From positions 14,188,323 through 14,252,322 of the forward strand of contig NC_090416.1 in NCBI RefSeq assembly GCF_036365525.1: a stretch of 64,000 bases of DNA, read 5' to 3'. Below are positions 50,590 through 63,243 of this stretch, one piece after another. The notes under the pieces were generated by a model, which was not told the DNA's origin, ran no database searches, and saw only the letters and a program-made list of their open reading frames with translations. The DNA comes from Heterodontus francisci (Eukaryota). Positions within the stretch are counted from its first letter, which is position 1, and each line of letters starts with the position of its first letter. Both the position numbers and the translations under genes were made by a program.

Positions 50590-51040
50590 CTGAGCAGGCC
50601 ATTCAGCCCCTTGAGCTTGTCCCAGCATTCATTGAGATCATGGCTGATCTGTGACCTAACTCCATATACCTGACTTTGCCCCCATATCCCTTAATACCTT
50701 TGGTTAACACAAATCTGTCAATCTCAGATTTAAAATTAATGATTGATCTAGCATCAACTGTCATTTGCGGAAGAGAATTCCAAACTTCTGCCGCCCTTTT
50801 GTGTGTGCAAGTATTTCCTAAGTCTCCCCTAGTGCTAGACTCTCCAACCAGTGGAAATACTTTCTCTCTAGCCTATCAGTTTCCCTTAATATCTTGAAAA
50901 CTTTAATCAAATTTTCCTTTTAATGTTCTAAATTCCAGGGAATCCACCCCAAGCTTGTGTAATCTCTCCTTGCAATTCACCTCTTAAAGTCTAGGTATCA
51001 TTCTGATAAATCTACGCTGTGCTTCAAGGCCAATGTATCT
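50590..51040 (-). mobile_element. CR1 LINE 3' end just downstream of the PRUNE1 stop
   Basis: Reverse-complement CR1 tail. Confidence 0.75.
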
Positions 51041-53479
51041 TTTACAGACACATAGGGGGCTCCTTCTTGGGACAAGAAGCTCTATGTTGATATTGGGTAC
51101 TCTTGGAGGGGTGGGGGGTGGGGGGAAAGAGTCCTTAATCTTTTGCCTATCCACCTGAATCTTCTAGGGTTAGGGCAAAAGGGTGCATCCCCTAAGAGGA
51201 GAGAATGTGCCCCTCACATCAGGCAAACATGGGGATGGGCTGCTGCCTATATTAGGCTTCCAGGTTGGTCTAGATAAGCAGCTCCCAATTTCACTGACCA
51301 CTCTGGGCATTTACTGAATGAGAGGTCAGGCACTTATTGACATGAAGGGTGGGATTGGTTTTGGGGGACACTTTTTTTTTTGCTTCCTCTGTAGATGCTG
51401 CAAGAGACCCACCTAGAAAGAGTCCATTTGGCCCATGGTGCCTGTGCCAGCTCTTTGAAAGAGCTGTGTGATTGGACCCTCTTGCCAGCCGCTCATTTCC
51501 CCCGTAGCCCTGCAGGAAATGTTCCCCTTTTGTTTTATCTTATTGGACTGTGAGGCAGGGCAAGGGGAAATCCGAATCACCTGGTACCAAACCCACCCAC
51601 CCCCCCAACCCCCTTCCCTCCAACCACTTCCCAAAATTGCACAGGCTTCACTGTCGAGGTAAGGGAGAGAGAGGCCATAGGCTCTGAGTGAGTACTGTTG
51701 GTTTAAGCTACTTTAGGCATTTTCTTTGTAACTTCCAGAGCTACCAGATGCCAAGCTCTCGGAGATCGAGAAATTCCACTTGTCCAAACTCCAGGACCTG
51801 TGCTCAGTGTTGCGTTTAGGGGGGATTGGGGGGGGGGGGGGGGCGGTGTGGGGCAGGGGGATGGGTAGAGGGTCAAGAATCTGTACCTTTAGAATCTGAC
51901 ACCATATAATTTAAGCAATAAGATGACTCCAGTGTAGGCTAGGAGGTGTGGTATACAGCAATACAGAGCAGGACGAAGGCACGGCTTGATCCCTGGTCAG
52001 TGCTCAGTTAGCAGCCTGGCTTCAGCTCCTCTTGATCAGGACGGGGATGGGGGGATGGTAATCGCGATGCAGTGACTTCCCCCAGATGGATAGTGAAACT
52101 TCGGTGAGACCAGGGACCTTGGCCCTGATACACCCAGAGTCTAGTTTGATGTAAGAAAGGAGCGTCACTGGGGTGTGATCCGATGGAGCACCAGTGGAAA
52201 TGTATCCCAGCGAAGCTTGGTATTTTTCGGGAGAATGGGAGGATCAAACGGTCAGCCGAAAGATAAACTTCTCCGTTTGCACGAGGGGCACATTGAAACC
52301 TATCAAAAGTCTTCCACTTGGGGAGGTCGCCTGGTTCTCCCATGATATTTCAGGATTTGAAACAAAAGTTTTTTTTTGTGTGTGTGTTTTTTGTGTAAAT
52401 CGGTGAAACTATGCAACATTTTTTAAATTCTGAAGTTAAATTTTGAGTGTGAAAATCTGATTGTGTGGGATGGGTTTGCTTGTAAAATGCAAGCCTTTTT
52501 CAGGATTGAGTTTGAATCCACATGGAAGGTGTGTGACCCTGTCGCAGAGGGCCTCCATGTATTTTATTTGCCCCTCATGCCACCTCTTCTAGAGACACAT
52601 TGACTCTTGTTCATTGAGACCCTCTTCACTGCCCCCTTCCCATCACATAGGAGCACAAGTGAATTGGGGAGCTCAGTGGAGTGTGGTATAGTCTCTTTTT
52701 TCCCCCCCAAACCACCACACCATGGTGCTATATGACTGAATTTTAAAAAAATACTTCCATGAAATGAGTATTGCTGGCAAGGCCAGCATTTTTTGCCCAT
52801 CCCTAGTTGCCCTCGAAGGTGGTGGTGAGCTGCCTTCTTGAACCGCTGCAGTCCATCTGGTGTAGGTACACCCATGGTGTTGTTCGGGAGGGAATTACAA
52901 AGGTTTTACAGCACAGAAACAGGCCATTCGGCCCATCTGCTCTGTGCTGATGTTTACGCTCCATACGATCTTCCTCCCACCCCCTCTTCATCTCGCCCTA
53001 TCAGCATATCCTTTGTTCCTTTCTCCCTCGTGTGTTTATTCAACTTTCCCTTAAATACGTCCATGCTATTTGTCTCAACCACTCGTTCCGCATTCACACC
53101 ACTCAAGATGTTATTGCTCAATTCCAAATTGGATTTATTAGTGACGATCTCACAGCAAGGAAAGGAATCCCATTGCCTAATTTTACGTTCGATGCCCCAT
53201 AGGGGTGGTTCAGACAAACTCGGAGGTCCATCTACGCCGACTTCAACATCAGTTATCAGGAAACAGTCACTGCCAGGCATGGAAGGTTGCTGTTGTATTA
53301 GCAGAGTGCACTCTGTCTTTTCGATTAGTACTCTCGCTTCCCAGGCAACAAAGAAACACAAACTATTCCTATGGCTCATGTGCAAGTCTGCGTCTAAACA
53401 ACATTCATGTGTACGAGCCAATGATAAAAGGATTGCTGACCCAGTGATTATTAATTCAGCCATGGCACAGTCAATAACT

Positions 53480-53925
53480 GCAGCTCTTGCTCTCTCGCCC
53501 CTGAGTTAAACGGTGTGGGTTCAAGTCCCACTCCAGAGACTCCAGCACAATATCTAGGCTGATGCTAACAGTGCCAGGACTGAGGGAGGTGCTGCACTGT
53601 CAGAGGTGCCATTTTTTGGGTGAGACGTTAAACCGAAGAACCATCTGCCCCCTCAAGTGAACGTAAAAGATCCCACGGCAGCTGTTTCAAAGAACAGCCA
53701 CAGGGGTGTTCTCCCAGTGTCCTGAGCCAATATTTATTCCTCAAACACTTTTTTTCAAAAATAAAAATCTGCTCGTGATCATATTTCTGCTTGGAGGAAT
53801 CCTGCTGTGCATAAATTGGCTGCATTACATTACAACAGTGACTATACTTTAGAAGGTACTTCATTGACTCTAAAGCTTTGGGAAGCCCTAAGGTTGTGAA
53901 AGGCGCTATAGAAATTTAAGTTCTT
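53480..53925 (+). mobile_element. DeuSINE, near full length
   Basis: B-box-like gggttcaagtccc, Deu-domain, tail. Confidence 0.85.
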
Positions 53926-54614
53926 GTCAAGGTACTGAGCCCCATCAAACTGGCGAAACAAAAGAGATTTACCAGAAGAAAACAATCCTTGATCAGATAT
54001 TGATGTTTTAACTGTTCTATGAAGGACAGTGCTGGCAGATTTCATTATTAATTATTAATGACTAGAAGTTTGAGAAACTCTGTTAACTTTCTAGTTGTGT
54101 TTTTAAAAAAATATATAATGTTACAATGGCAGCAAAAATGTCGCTGGAGGTAATTGATTTTCCTAATGTGTTAGCAGATGGCGTTTGAGGACGCTGGTGC
54201 GTGGTATTACCACATGGTGAGATGGGCATGATTGCCCTGACGCGGGGCTCCGATCGCAGGTGCAGGTTGCTGTGTTTGAGGTGGGGGTAAAGGGGGTGTG
54301 GGTTGGTGGGATAGGGGGTTGGGGGGGTGGAGTCTGGGAGAGACAGTCATATCTGGGCCCTGCTTATACATCTTCAGGCAGAAGGCTTGAGAGCATGCCA
54401 CAGAGGCAAAAGGGATAACTTGGAGGAAAATGAAAGGATTGGTGTCATAGAGCAAAATGCAGTTAATTTTTAAAAATGAATTAAAACCAATTAACTATAC
54501 AAAATATTCTGTCAAGTGTCGCTTTCTTTACAGCTCTGTTAGTAGCTATGTTTAACTCTGGTTTAATTAGATCTATGACTTGTGAGTTATCATGGTATCT
54601 GCTGTGTTGAGTGG

Positions 54615-54740
54615 GAAAAGGTCACAGACCTGAAACGTTAACTCTGCTTTTCTCAACACAGATGTTGCCTGACCCGCTGAGCATTTCCAGCATTTTCTAT
54701 TTTTGTTTCAGACCCCATCAACAGTAGTATTTTGCTTTTG
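54615..54740 (+). mobile_element. Penelope-type short element, 5'-truncated within the hammerhead motif
   Basis: aggtcacagacctgaaacgttaactctgc...gtattttgcttttg. Confidence 0.7.
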
Positions 54741-55237
54741 TGACAGTTACAGGATGGTTTTGGTTTAGGAAGCTCAAGGAACAACACCTCAAGGCACTTT
54801 ACAGCCTTCCAGCCTCAAAATCAAGTTAGAACAAAGAACAAAGAAAATTACAGCACAGGAACAGGCCCTTCGGCCCTCCAAGTCTGCGCCGATCCAGATC
54901 CTCTATCTGTTGAACAATTTCTGATCCCATTTTTTTCACAAGCAGCTGTTGGTAATGATTCTACTACCATTCACAACTAGAGTCAGAGGAGTGCAACCTC
55001 CTCTAGACCCATCTTTTGTTTCTCTACTTGTCCCATTACCACCCCCTTTTTACCTTTAACCATCGTTATTTTTATTGTCATTTAATCTCTCCTGCCTTCC
55101 GCCCAATCATGCACCTTCCCTTCTGTTCTTTCCTCTCTTCCCCCACGTTCACCAGTGCCCCTTTAGGGAAACAAATCTGTCGTCCTTACCTACTCTGGGC
55201 CTATATGTGACTCTAGTCCCACACCGACGTGGTTAAG

Positions 55238-55530
55238 ATTAGATTAGAGATACAGCACTGAAACAGGCCCTTCAGCCCACCGAGTCTGTGCCGACCATAA
55301 ACCACCCATTTATACTAATCCTACACTAATCCCATATTCCTACCAAACATCCCCACCTGTCCCTATATTTCCCTACCACCTACCTATACTAGTGACAATT
55401 TATAAGAGCCAATTTACCTATCAACCTGCAAGTCTTTTGGCTTGTGGGAGGAAACCGGAGCACCCGGAGAAAACCCACGCAGACACAGGGAGAACTTGCA
55501 AACTCCACACAGGCAGTACCCGGAATCTAT
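55238..55530 (-). mobile_element. HE1-like V-SINE
   Basis: V-domain on the minus strand (gtgtggagtttgcaagttctccctgtgtctgcgtgggttttctccgggtgctccggtttcctcccac) with a CR1-type tail. Confidence 0.85.
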
Positions 55531-56769
55531 GCTCCTCCAATTCAACGATTGTTGGTGGAGCGATTAAAGTCGGGGATGTGCAGCACAGTTAAAAGGCTAG
55601 TGAAGAGTCAAGCATGCCTTTAGCTGCCAAGGACCTAAGTTCTTGAATTCCCTCCCTAAACCCCTCTGCCTCGCTCTCTCTGCTCCTTTAAGATGCTCCT
55701 TAAAACCTGCCGCATTGACCAAGCTTTTGGTCACCTATCCCTAATATCTCCTTAGGGGGTTCGCTGTCAAATTTTTGTCTAATTACGCTCCTGTGAAGTG
55801 GCTTGGGACATTTTACCATGTTAAAGGCTCTATAGAAATGCAAATTGTTCTTCTTTGTTGAAATGGCCTAGCAAATCAGTTGGTTGTATCAAACTTGCTT
55901 CAACGAAAATGAGAGTAAATCTGGATGGAGCACTGGGCTGTGACATAGGCAGCAGATCTGGACAGGACCAAGGCAAGGCACAGCCCAGCCCAACAGACCC
56001 TGCAAAGTCATCTCCACTTAAACCCCCTGCCTAAAAGCTCTGTGGGAGCATCTGCACTACGTGGACTGCAGTGGTCCAGGAAGAAGGTCCACCTGCAGTT
56101 TCTCAATGGTGACTAGCGAGGGACAATAAATAGCAGCCTTGCCAGTGACGCCCACATCCACGGGGTTGAATGTTTGAAAATCCACTGTCCTATCCATAAT
56201 TGGCTTGCCTCCAAGTCTTGACGCCGACTCTCAAGACCAGATGTGGGGCCTCTTCAGGCACTGATTAGAGTCAGCCAGCAGAGGGAAGCATCTTCTGCAT
56301 TACAAGTGAGGCTGCATGGCTGGGGGTGCTTCCCTGCAGCAAGTGAGCTGGAGGTTGGCTGAAGGCTTACTCAAAAGTGCCAAACAGGAAGAGTGGGAAC
56401 AGCTAAAGAGTTGGTTTCAGGAAACTGCTGCTTGTGTCACGATAAGACAGTACATGAAGTTAATGGCTGTGCAGAGAAGTACATTTTTCCTCTTCCACCC
56501 ACCATCACGCAATGGGCCAAAGGTGGCGAATCATGCTAGAGGCAGGGTCCAATCAGAGATAGGTTCCCCCCACCCCTCCCCCTCCCCCACCTCCAAATAT
56601 CTCCAGCCGAAATAGCCATTCTTCACATGAGCCAGGATGGTCAATTCAATTATTGCCTTATCCTACACAAGAGGCCATCAAAATCTGCCCCCGTGCTTTT
56701 AACTCTTTGCCACTAGGGCTGCCAACCCTCCAGGATTGTGTGGCGTCTCAAGAACCTGTAGATTAATAG

Positions 56770-57205
56770 AACTTAATTTCTATAGCGGCTTTCACAACCT
56801 CAGGACGTCCCAAAGCGCTTACAACTGATGCACTTTTTAATGAAGTGTAGTCACTGTTGTGATGTAGAAAATGCAACAGCCCATTTGCACGCAGCAAGCT
56901 CCCACAAACACCAACCAGATCATCTGTTTTTAGTGATGCTTGGTTGAGGGTTAAATGTTGGGGAAGAACTCACCTCGCTCGTCAAAATAGTGCTATGGGA
57001 TCTTTCACGTCCACATGAGAGAGGGCAGACGGGGCCTCAGTTTAACATCTCATCTGAAAGGCAGCACCTCCCACGCTGCAGCGCTCCCTCAGTACTGACG
57101 CTGGGAATGTCAGCCTGGGATTTTGTGCTCGAGTCTCTGTAGTGGGAATCAAATGCACAACCTTCTAACTTAGATGCAAGAGTGCTACCCACTGAGCCAT
57201 GGCCT
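56770..57205 (-). mobile_element. DeuSINE, full length
   Basis: Reverse complement with head ggccatggctcagtgggtagcactcttgc. Confidence 0.88.
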
Positions 57206-57439
57206 GATCCAGTTGTAAAACTGAAAGTATGTAAGATCAAAATGGGATACTGTAGCAGTTGGCAGTAATAAACATTAGGCCAAAATTCCTTTTGTTTAAA
57301 AACACTAAGGGAAAGTTATTAGAAAGGAGAGAACTTAGAATCAACTGGGAGTCACAAAAAGGATGACTTGCGTTACCATGCTTGCTGCAGGTGAAATTTC
57401 ACTGGAAAGCTCTCTTTTCAGATGTCGTTGCACTCTCAC

Positions 57440-57870
57440 CAGGAGGTCGTGGGTTCAAGTCCCACTCCAGAGACTTGAGTGCAAAAGCCAGACCGACATT
57501 CCCAGTGCCTGTATTGAGGGAATGCTTCACTCTCAGAGTTGTCGCTTTTCATATGAAATGTTAAACTGAGGCCCCGTCTGCCCTCTCAGGTGGATGTAAA
57601 AGATCCCATGGCCTCTATTCAAAGAAAGGCAAGGGAGTTCTCCCTCCCTGGGGCCAAGATTTATCCCTGTATCAACGTTACTAAAACAGACTTCTGGTCA
57701 TATCACATTGCTGTTTATGGGACCATGCTTTGTGCAAATTGACTGCCGTGTTTCCAACATTACAACAGTGACTGCACTTCCAAAAAAAGTGCATCATTAG
57801 CTGCAAAGTGCTTTGGGCTGTCCTGAGGTCACGCGAGGCGCTATAGAAATGCAAGTCTTTCTTCTTTCCT
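57440..57870 (+). mobile_element. DeuSINE, near full length
   Basis: gggttcaagtcccactccagagacttgag...aaatgcaagtctttc. Confidence 0.88.
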
Positions 57871-57979
57871 AGGCCAGTTTATAAAAGTACCTGATGTTTG
57901 ACATCTGGTCAGTGCTGGATTAGCTGATCTGAGTTAGGATGTTGCCCCCTTTTTGGAGGAGAAAAACTAATTATGAAAC

Positions 57980-59240
57980 CATGGAATAATACGGCACAGT
58001 AGGAGGCCCATCGTGCCTGTGTTGACCCTGAGAGAGCTATCCGATTAGTCCCTCACTATAACCCTGTGAATTTTTTCCCTTCAAGTGTTTATCCATTTCC
58101 CTTTTGAAAATTACTATTGAATCTGCTTCCACTGCCCTTTCAGCCAGTACATTCCATATTGTAACAACTTGCTGCATAAAAAAAAGTTCCTGAATTTCCC
58201 CCTCTGGTTCTTTTGCCAATTATCTTAAATCTGTGTCCTTTGGTTACTGACCCTCCTGCCAATGGAAACAGTTTCTCCTTATTTACACTATCAAAACCCT
58301 CAATACTTTTGAACACCTCTATACCTGCGGGCACCATGTGCTCCTGTTCCGGGGACAAGACACGGATGACAGGCAGGCAGGCAGTCAGCACCTTCCCATG
58401 GTCCGCGTCTTAACTTGGAATTGCGGATGGCTAACAAGGGTTGCATCAGGAGTAGGAATCCTGTTGTGCTTTTTTTCCTCCCCCTGCTGTCAATTCTGAT
58501 CCCGGGTGTGCTGGTGGTGAGGAGGAAGAGGGAGGATGCACTGGGACTGAGTGATGATGGTGCTGGAAGTGAAGAGTGGAGGGGAGTATTCCATTCACAG
58601 AGTTGCTGTCATTGAGCACAGAGGGCGGGGGTGGGAAGGGAATCACTGCAATATAAAACAAAACCAAAAACACATTTCATGGATTTTTTCTGAGTTACAT
58701 CACTGCACACACCCTGTACCACAGATAGAAACCGGAACATAAACATAACTGTGCCAGTGTCTAGTTACAGCTTTACAGAGATGCCACTAGAATGATACAG
58801 GGGATGAGGCACTTCAGTTATGTGGAGAGACTGGAGAAGCTGGGGTTGTTCCCCTCAAGGCAAAGTGGAGATTTAATAGTGCCGTTGAAAATTATGAAGA
58901 GTAAGAGTATAAGAGTAAATAAGGAGAAACTGTTTCGGCGGCAGAAGGGTTGGTAACCAGAGGACACAGAGTTAAGATAATTGGTAAAAGAACCAGAGGG
59001 GGAGATGAGGAGACTTTTTTTATACAGTCAGTTGTTGTGATCTGGAATGCACTGCTTGAAAGGGTGGTGGAAGCAGATTCAATAGTAACTTTCAAAAGGA
59101 GAATTGGATATATAATGGAAAATGAAAATTCTGTTGCGCTATGGCGAAAGAAGAGTGGGCCTAATTGGATAGCTCTTTCAAGAGCTGGCACAGGCATTAT
59201 GGGCCAAATGGCCGCCTCCTGTGCTGTATAATTCTATGAT
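57980..59240. mobile_element. Two inverted CR1 3' ends of the same family (- ~57980-58325, + ~58780-59240)
   Basis: GHR(F/V)[10 protein letters not shown] and ERxVEADSIV peptides on opposite strands. Confidence 0.8.
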
Positions 59241-60074
59241 CACATTATTGTTGACACAAAGTACAGTTTGTTTCTTTTAAACTTATTTCTTCATTGGTTT
59301 GGTGCTGGTAGGGATGTGCTGACAGGCTAACTGAACTGCTGCCTACGCCTTTAAGTGGTTTAAAATACTTGGGTGGGGGAAAATTAGCTTTAGTCAGTTT
59401 CTGCTCCTACTTGCTGTACAGCAACCACTATTGGAAGGTATGTCAGAGGGTGTGGATGCCAAGTGGGGAAAGATTCAAACTCAGGTGTGAAGCTCACTGT
59501 GGTCAAACAGCCAACCCACACATGAAAACAGATCACTGGTGTGAGATACCAGAGGTTGTGATTGGGTTCCATGGAAAAGTAGCAAGCAGTCTGTGCCCTC
59601 AAGAAGGGGGCAGATAGAATTATAAAGCACTTGTACTTTGATCGCTAGTCTTAAATAGTGGATCTTGACTGGGGCTACCACTGGCGTCAGTGGGCTAGGA
59701 AGGAAAAATATTAGCCCGCTAGCTATTCAGTGGCCCCTGCTGGTTAGTCTGTGAGAATGTGGAACCAAGGGAGAAATAATCTGATAATTCTAGTGATGTC
59801 GGTTGAGAGATAAATATTGGCTCAGGACACCAGGGAGAACCATGTTCTTCCTCAAAACAGTGTACGCGGGATCGTGAGAGGGCAGACGGGTCCTCGGTTT
59901 ATCTCATCTGAAAGACAGCACCTCCGACTGTGCAGCACTCCCTCAGTACTGGTCCTGGGAGTGCTGGCCTGAGTTACGGCGCTCAAGTCTTCCCACCGAG
60001 CTGCAGCTGCCGCCTAATGTACATTAATAATGTTATGCTATTACAGCACCTTTTCCCTTCAATCACACGGCAGA

Positions 60075-60430
60075 GTAATTAGGGCGGGGTGTCCCTGAGA
60101 ATGTATCAATATTTGCAGGGAGGAGGGGCTCTGTGTAGCAGGCACCCCTTGTCTGGATGAACCTCGGCGGCGCTAGGACCCAGACACAGCTGCTGTGATA
60201 AACGCGCAGTTGGTCAATAAAGTGACGGAGAAAAAAGGGGATATGCTGACAATCTGGTTTCTCATTCTGATCTCTCGTCACTGGGGGAGGGCAAGGGGAA
60301 GAGGAAGAGGTGGGAGAGGATAGAGAGAGAGAGAAGAAACATAGGAGCAGGGAAAGGGAATCAAACAAACGAGGCTGGGCCGAAGTGGGAACAGTTCTAA
60401 CTTTGTTTGAGAAACAAAAGTTTGTAACAA
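60075..60430 (+). promoter_or_regulatory. Candidate promoter / 5' UTR of downstream gene
   Basis: Unique, locally CpG-containing sequence; GC box GGGCGGGG 60082; E-box CAGCTG 60188; GATAAA 60197; purine-rich leader. Confidence 0.4.
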
Positions 60431-60435
60431 ATGAC

Positions 60436-60524
60436 ATGAATTCGCAACTGATGGGAAGCAACTCTGAGGAGCGACTGGACAAGGTCCACAAAGGCAAGGG
60501 TGACACGGCGGAACAGAATGGGAG
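60436..60524 (+). CDS. Probable first coding exon of a downstream gene (MNSQLMGSNSEERLDKVHKGKGDTAEQNG-), candidate BNIPL/BNIP2-like by synteny only
   Basis: ATG in unique sequence, hydrophilic open frame, perfect donor GAG|GTGAGT at 60524/60525; no diagnostic domain within the window. Confidence 0.45.
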
Positions 60525-61004
60525 GTGAGTGCGGAGAGAGACAGAGAGGCGGAGAAATCTCAACTTTTCTCTGCTTAAATGGGAAAGTTTGGAGCTGAAC
60601 TGGACACGTCAGGTGGACAGCAGGAGGAGTTTGTTATTCAGTTCAGTCCCCTTCCCCGTTTTATTGGCTCTGCTGGTCGTCTCATCATATTAATCATTTA
60701 GCTGTTTGTTTTATGCCTTATCGTTGCGAATTGAGACTTTCATTATTTGTGTTTCTCAAACTTTTTTTTGGAAAACAACTTTTTTGCATTTAGTTCTCTT
60801 GCCCCCCCCCCCTCCCCATATTTTATAAAGTTATTGGTGATTCCTTACAATGTACAGGATTATTATTTAACAGTTTGTCCGCTGACCGGGCCTCCCCAAA
60901 GCTCCTTAAAGGGCTCCTTGCTCACTGTTGCTCCTCACTGATGAACTTACTGGTCCGGTCAGCTGGATCACTCGGGTACCCCTGGTGTGGTCGAGGATGA
61001 AACC

Positions 61005-61360
61005 ACTTGCGTTTCTGTAGCGCCTTTCACGACCTCCGGACGTCCCAAAGTGATTTACAGCCAATGAAACACCGTTTTGAAGTGTGGTCACTGTTGTAAT
61101 GTAGACAACGCGGCAGCCAGTTTGCGCACAGCAAGATCCCGCAAACAGCAATGTGATAACGACCAGGTCATCTATTTTAGTGACCTTAGTTGAAGGATAA
61201 ATATTGGCCCCAGGGCACCGGGGAGAACTGCCCTGTTCTTATTTGGCCATGGGATCTTTTACGTCTACCAGACGGGGCCTCAGTTTAATGTCTCGGCCAA
61301 AAGAAGGCACTTCCATCAGAGCAGCACTCCTGAAGTACTGGAACCAAGAGCATCAGTCTA
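61005..61360 (-). mobile_element. DeuSINE copy
   Basis: Reverse complement of Deu-domain and tail. Confidence 0.85.
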
Positions 61361-61689
61361 GGTAAGACGGAGATGAGGAAGAATTTCTTCTGGGAGTCTG
61401 AGTCTTTGGATTTCTCGATTCCAGCGAGCTGTGCAGACTGGGCCATTGTCAATCACGGCTTCGAATATATTCAAATTCTTCAGCTATAGGGGAGTCGAGG
61501 GTTATGGAGAACAGGCAGAAAAGTGGAATTGAGGTCAAGATCAGATTCGCCATGATCTTATTGAATGGTGGAGCAGGCTCGAGAGGGCATATGACCCACT
61601 CCTGCTCCTATTTCATGAGGTGGTGTCTGTGGTGATTATGTACTTGAATGTTGGATAAGGATAGGGGTACGTTTCAGAGAATGAATCAT

Positions 61690-63240
61690 ATCATAGAACG
61701 GTCGCAGCACATAAGGAGGCCCTTCAGCCCTTTGTGTCCATGCCAGCTGTCTGCAGGAGCAACTCGGCTAGTGCCACACCCCTTCTCTTTCCCCATAGCC
61801 CTGCAAATTTTTTCTCTTCAGATAATTGTCCAATTCCCTTTTGGAAAAAAACCCACGATTGAATCTGCCTCTCAAGCAGTGCATTCCAGATCCTAACCAC
61901 TTGCTGCGTTTAGAAGAAGGTTTTTCCTCCTGTTGTCTTTGGTTCTTTTGCCATTCACCTCAAACAGTTTCGAATGCCTGCTATTTATCAATGTCTCAAC
62001 GACCTCCTCGTTCACTGACCCTTCTGCCAGTGGGAACAGTTTTTCCCTATCTAGACCCCTCATGATCTTGAACACCTTTATCAAATCCCCTCTTAATCTT
62101 CTCTTCTCCAAGGAGAGCAGCCCCAGCTTCTCCAATTTATCCACGTATGTGAAGTCCCTCATCCCTGGAAACATTCACGTAAATCTTTTCTGCACCCTCT
62201 CTAAAGCCTTCACATCCTTCCAGAATTGGACACAATACTCCAGGTGAGGCTGAACCAGTGTTTTATAAAGGTTCACCATAACTTCTTTGCTTTTGTACTC
62301 TTTGCCTCTGTTTATAAAGCGCAGGATCCCGTGTGCCTTTTTAACCACTTTCTCAACCTGTCCTGCCACCTTCAACAATATGTGCACATATATCCCCAGG
62401 TCCCTCTGCTCCTGTACCCCTTTTAGAATTGTAACCTTTATTGCCTCTCCTTGTTCTTCCTACCAAAATGTATCACTTCATACTTCCCTGCATTAAAATT
62501 CATTCGCCACTGGCCTATATCCTCTTGAAGTCCATCACTATCCCCCTCTCAATTCAAAATAATTCAAAATTTTGTGTCATCTGCAAATTTTGAAATCGTG
62601 CCCTGCACACCCAGGTCTAGGGCATTAATATAGAATAATAAAAGCAGGGGTCCTAGTACCGACCCCTGGGGGGAACCTCATTATATTCCGTCCTTAGTCC
62701 GAAAAACAACTGTTCGCCACTACTGTCTGTTTCCTGTAACTCAGCCAATTTTGTGTCCATGCTGCCACTGTTCCTGTTATTCCATGAGGGCTGACTTTGC
62801 CGACAAGCCTGTTGTGTGGCACTTTATCAAATGGCTTTTGGAAGCCCATATACACCACATCCAACTACATTACCCTCATCCACCCTCTCTGTTACCTCAA
62901 CAGAAAACTTAAGCAAGTTAGTCGAGCACGATTTGCCTTCAACAGATCTGTGCAGGCGTTCCTTAATTAATCCACATTTGTCCAAGTGACTCTTCATTTT
63001 GTCCCAAATTATCATTTCTAGGAGCTTCCTCACTACCGAGATTAAACTGACTGGCTTGTAGTTGCTGGGCTTATCCTTGCACCCTTTTTGAACAAAGGTG
63101 TATCATTTACAATTCTCCAGTCCTCTGGCACCACCCCTGCATCTAAGAAGGATTGGAAGATTATGCAATTTCCTCTGCAATTTCCACCCTTACTTCTCAG
63201 TATCCTTGGATGCATCTCATGTGGTCCTGGTGACTTTCAG
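61690..63240 (-). mobile_element. CR1 LINE, degraded RT fragment
   Basis: [38 protein letters not shown] peptides with frameshifts. Confidence 0.9.
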
Positions 63241-63243
63241 CTT

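Noticed and set aside
52838-53509. 223-aa plus and 169-aa minus ORFs downstream of PRUNE1
   Set aside because: Partly CR1-derived, no recognisable domain or splice structure.
60063-60563. 166-aa minus-strand ORF
   Set aside because: Low-complexity antisense of a purine-rich leader; the plus-strand exon with a perfect donor explains the region better.
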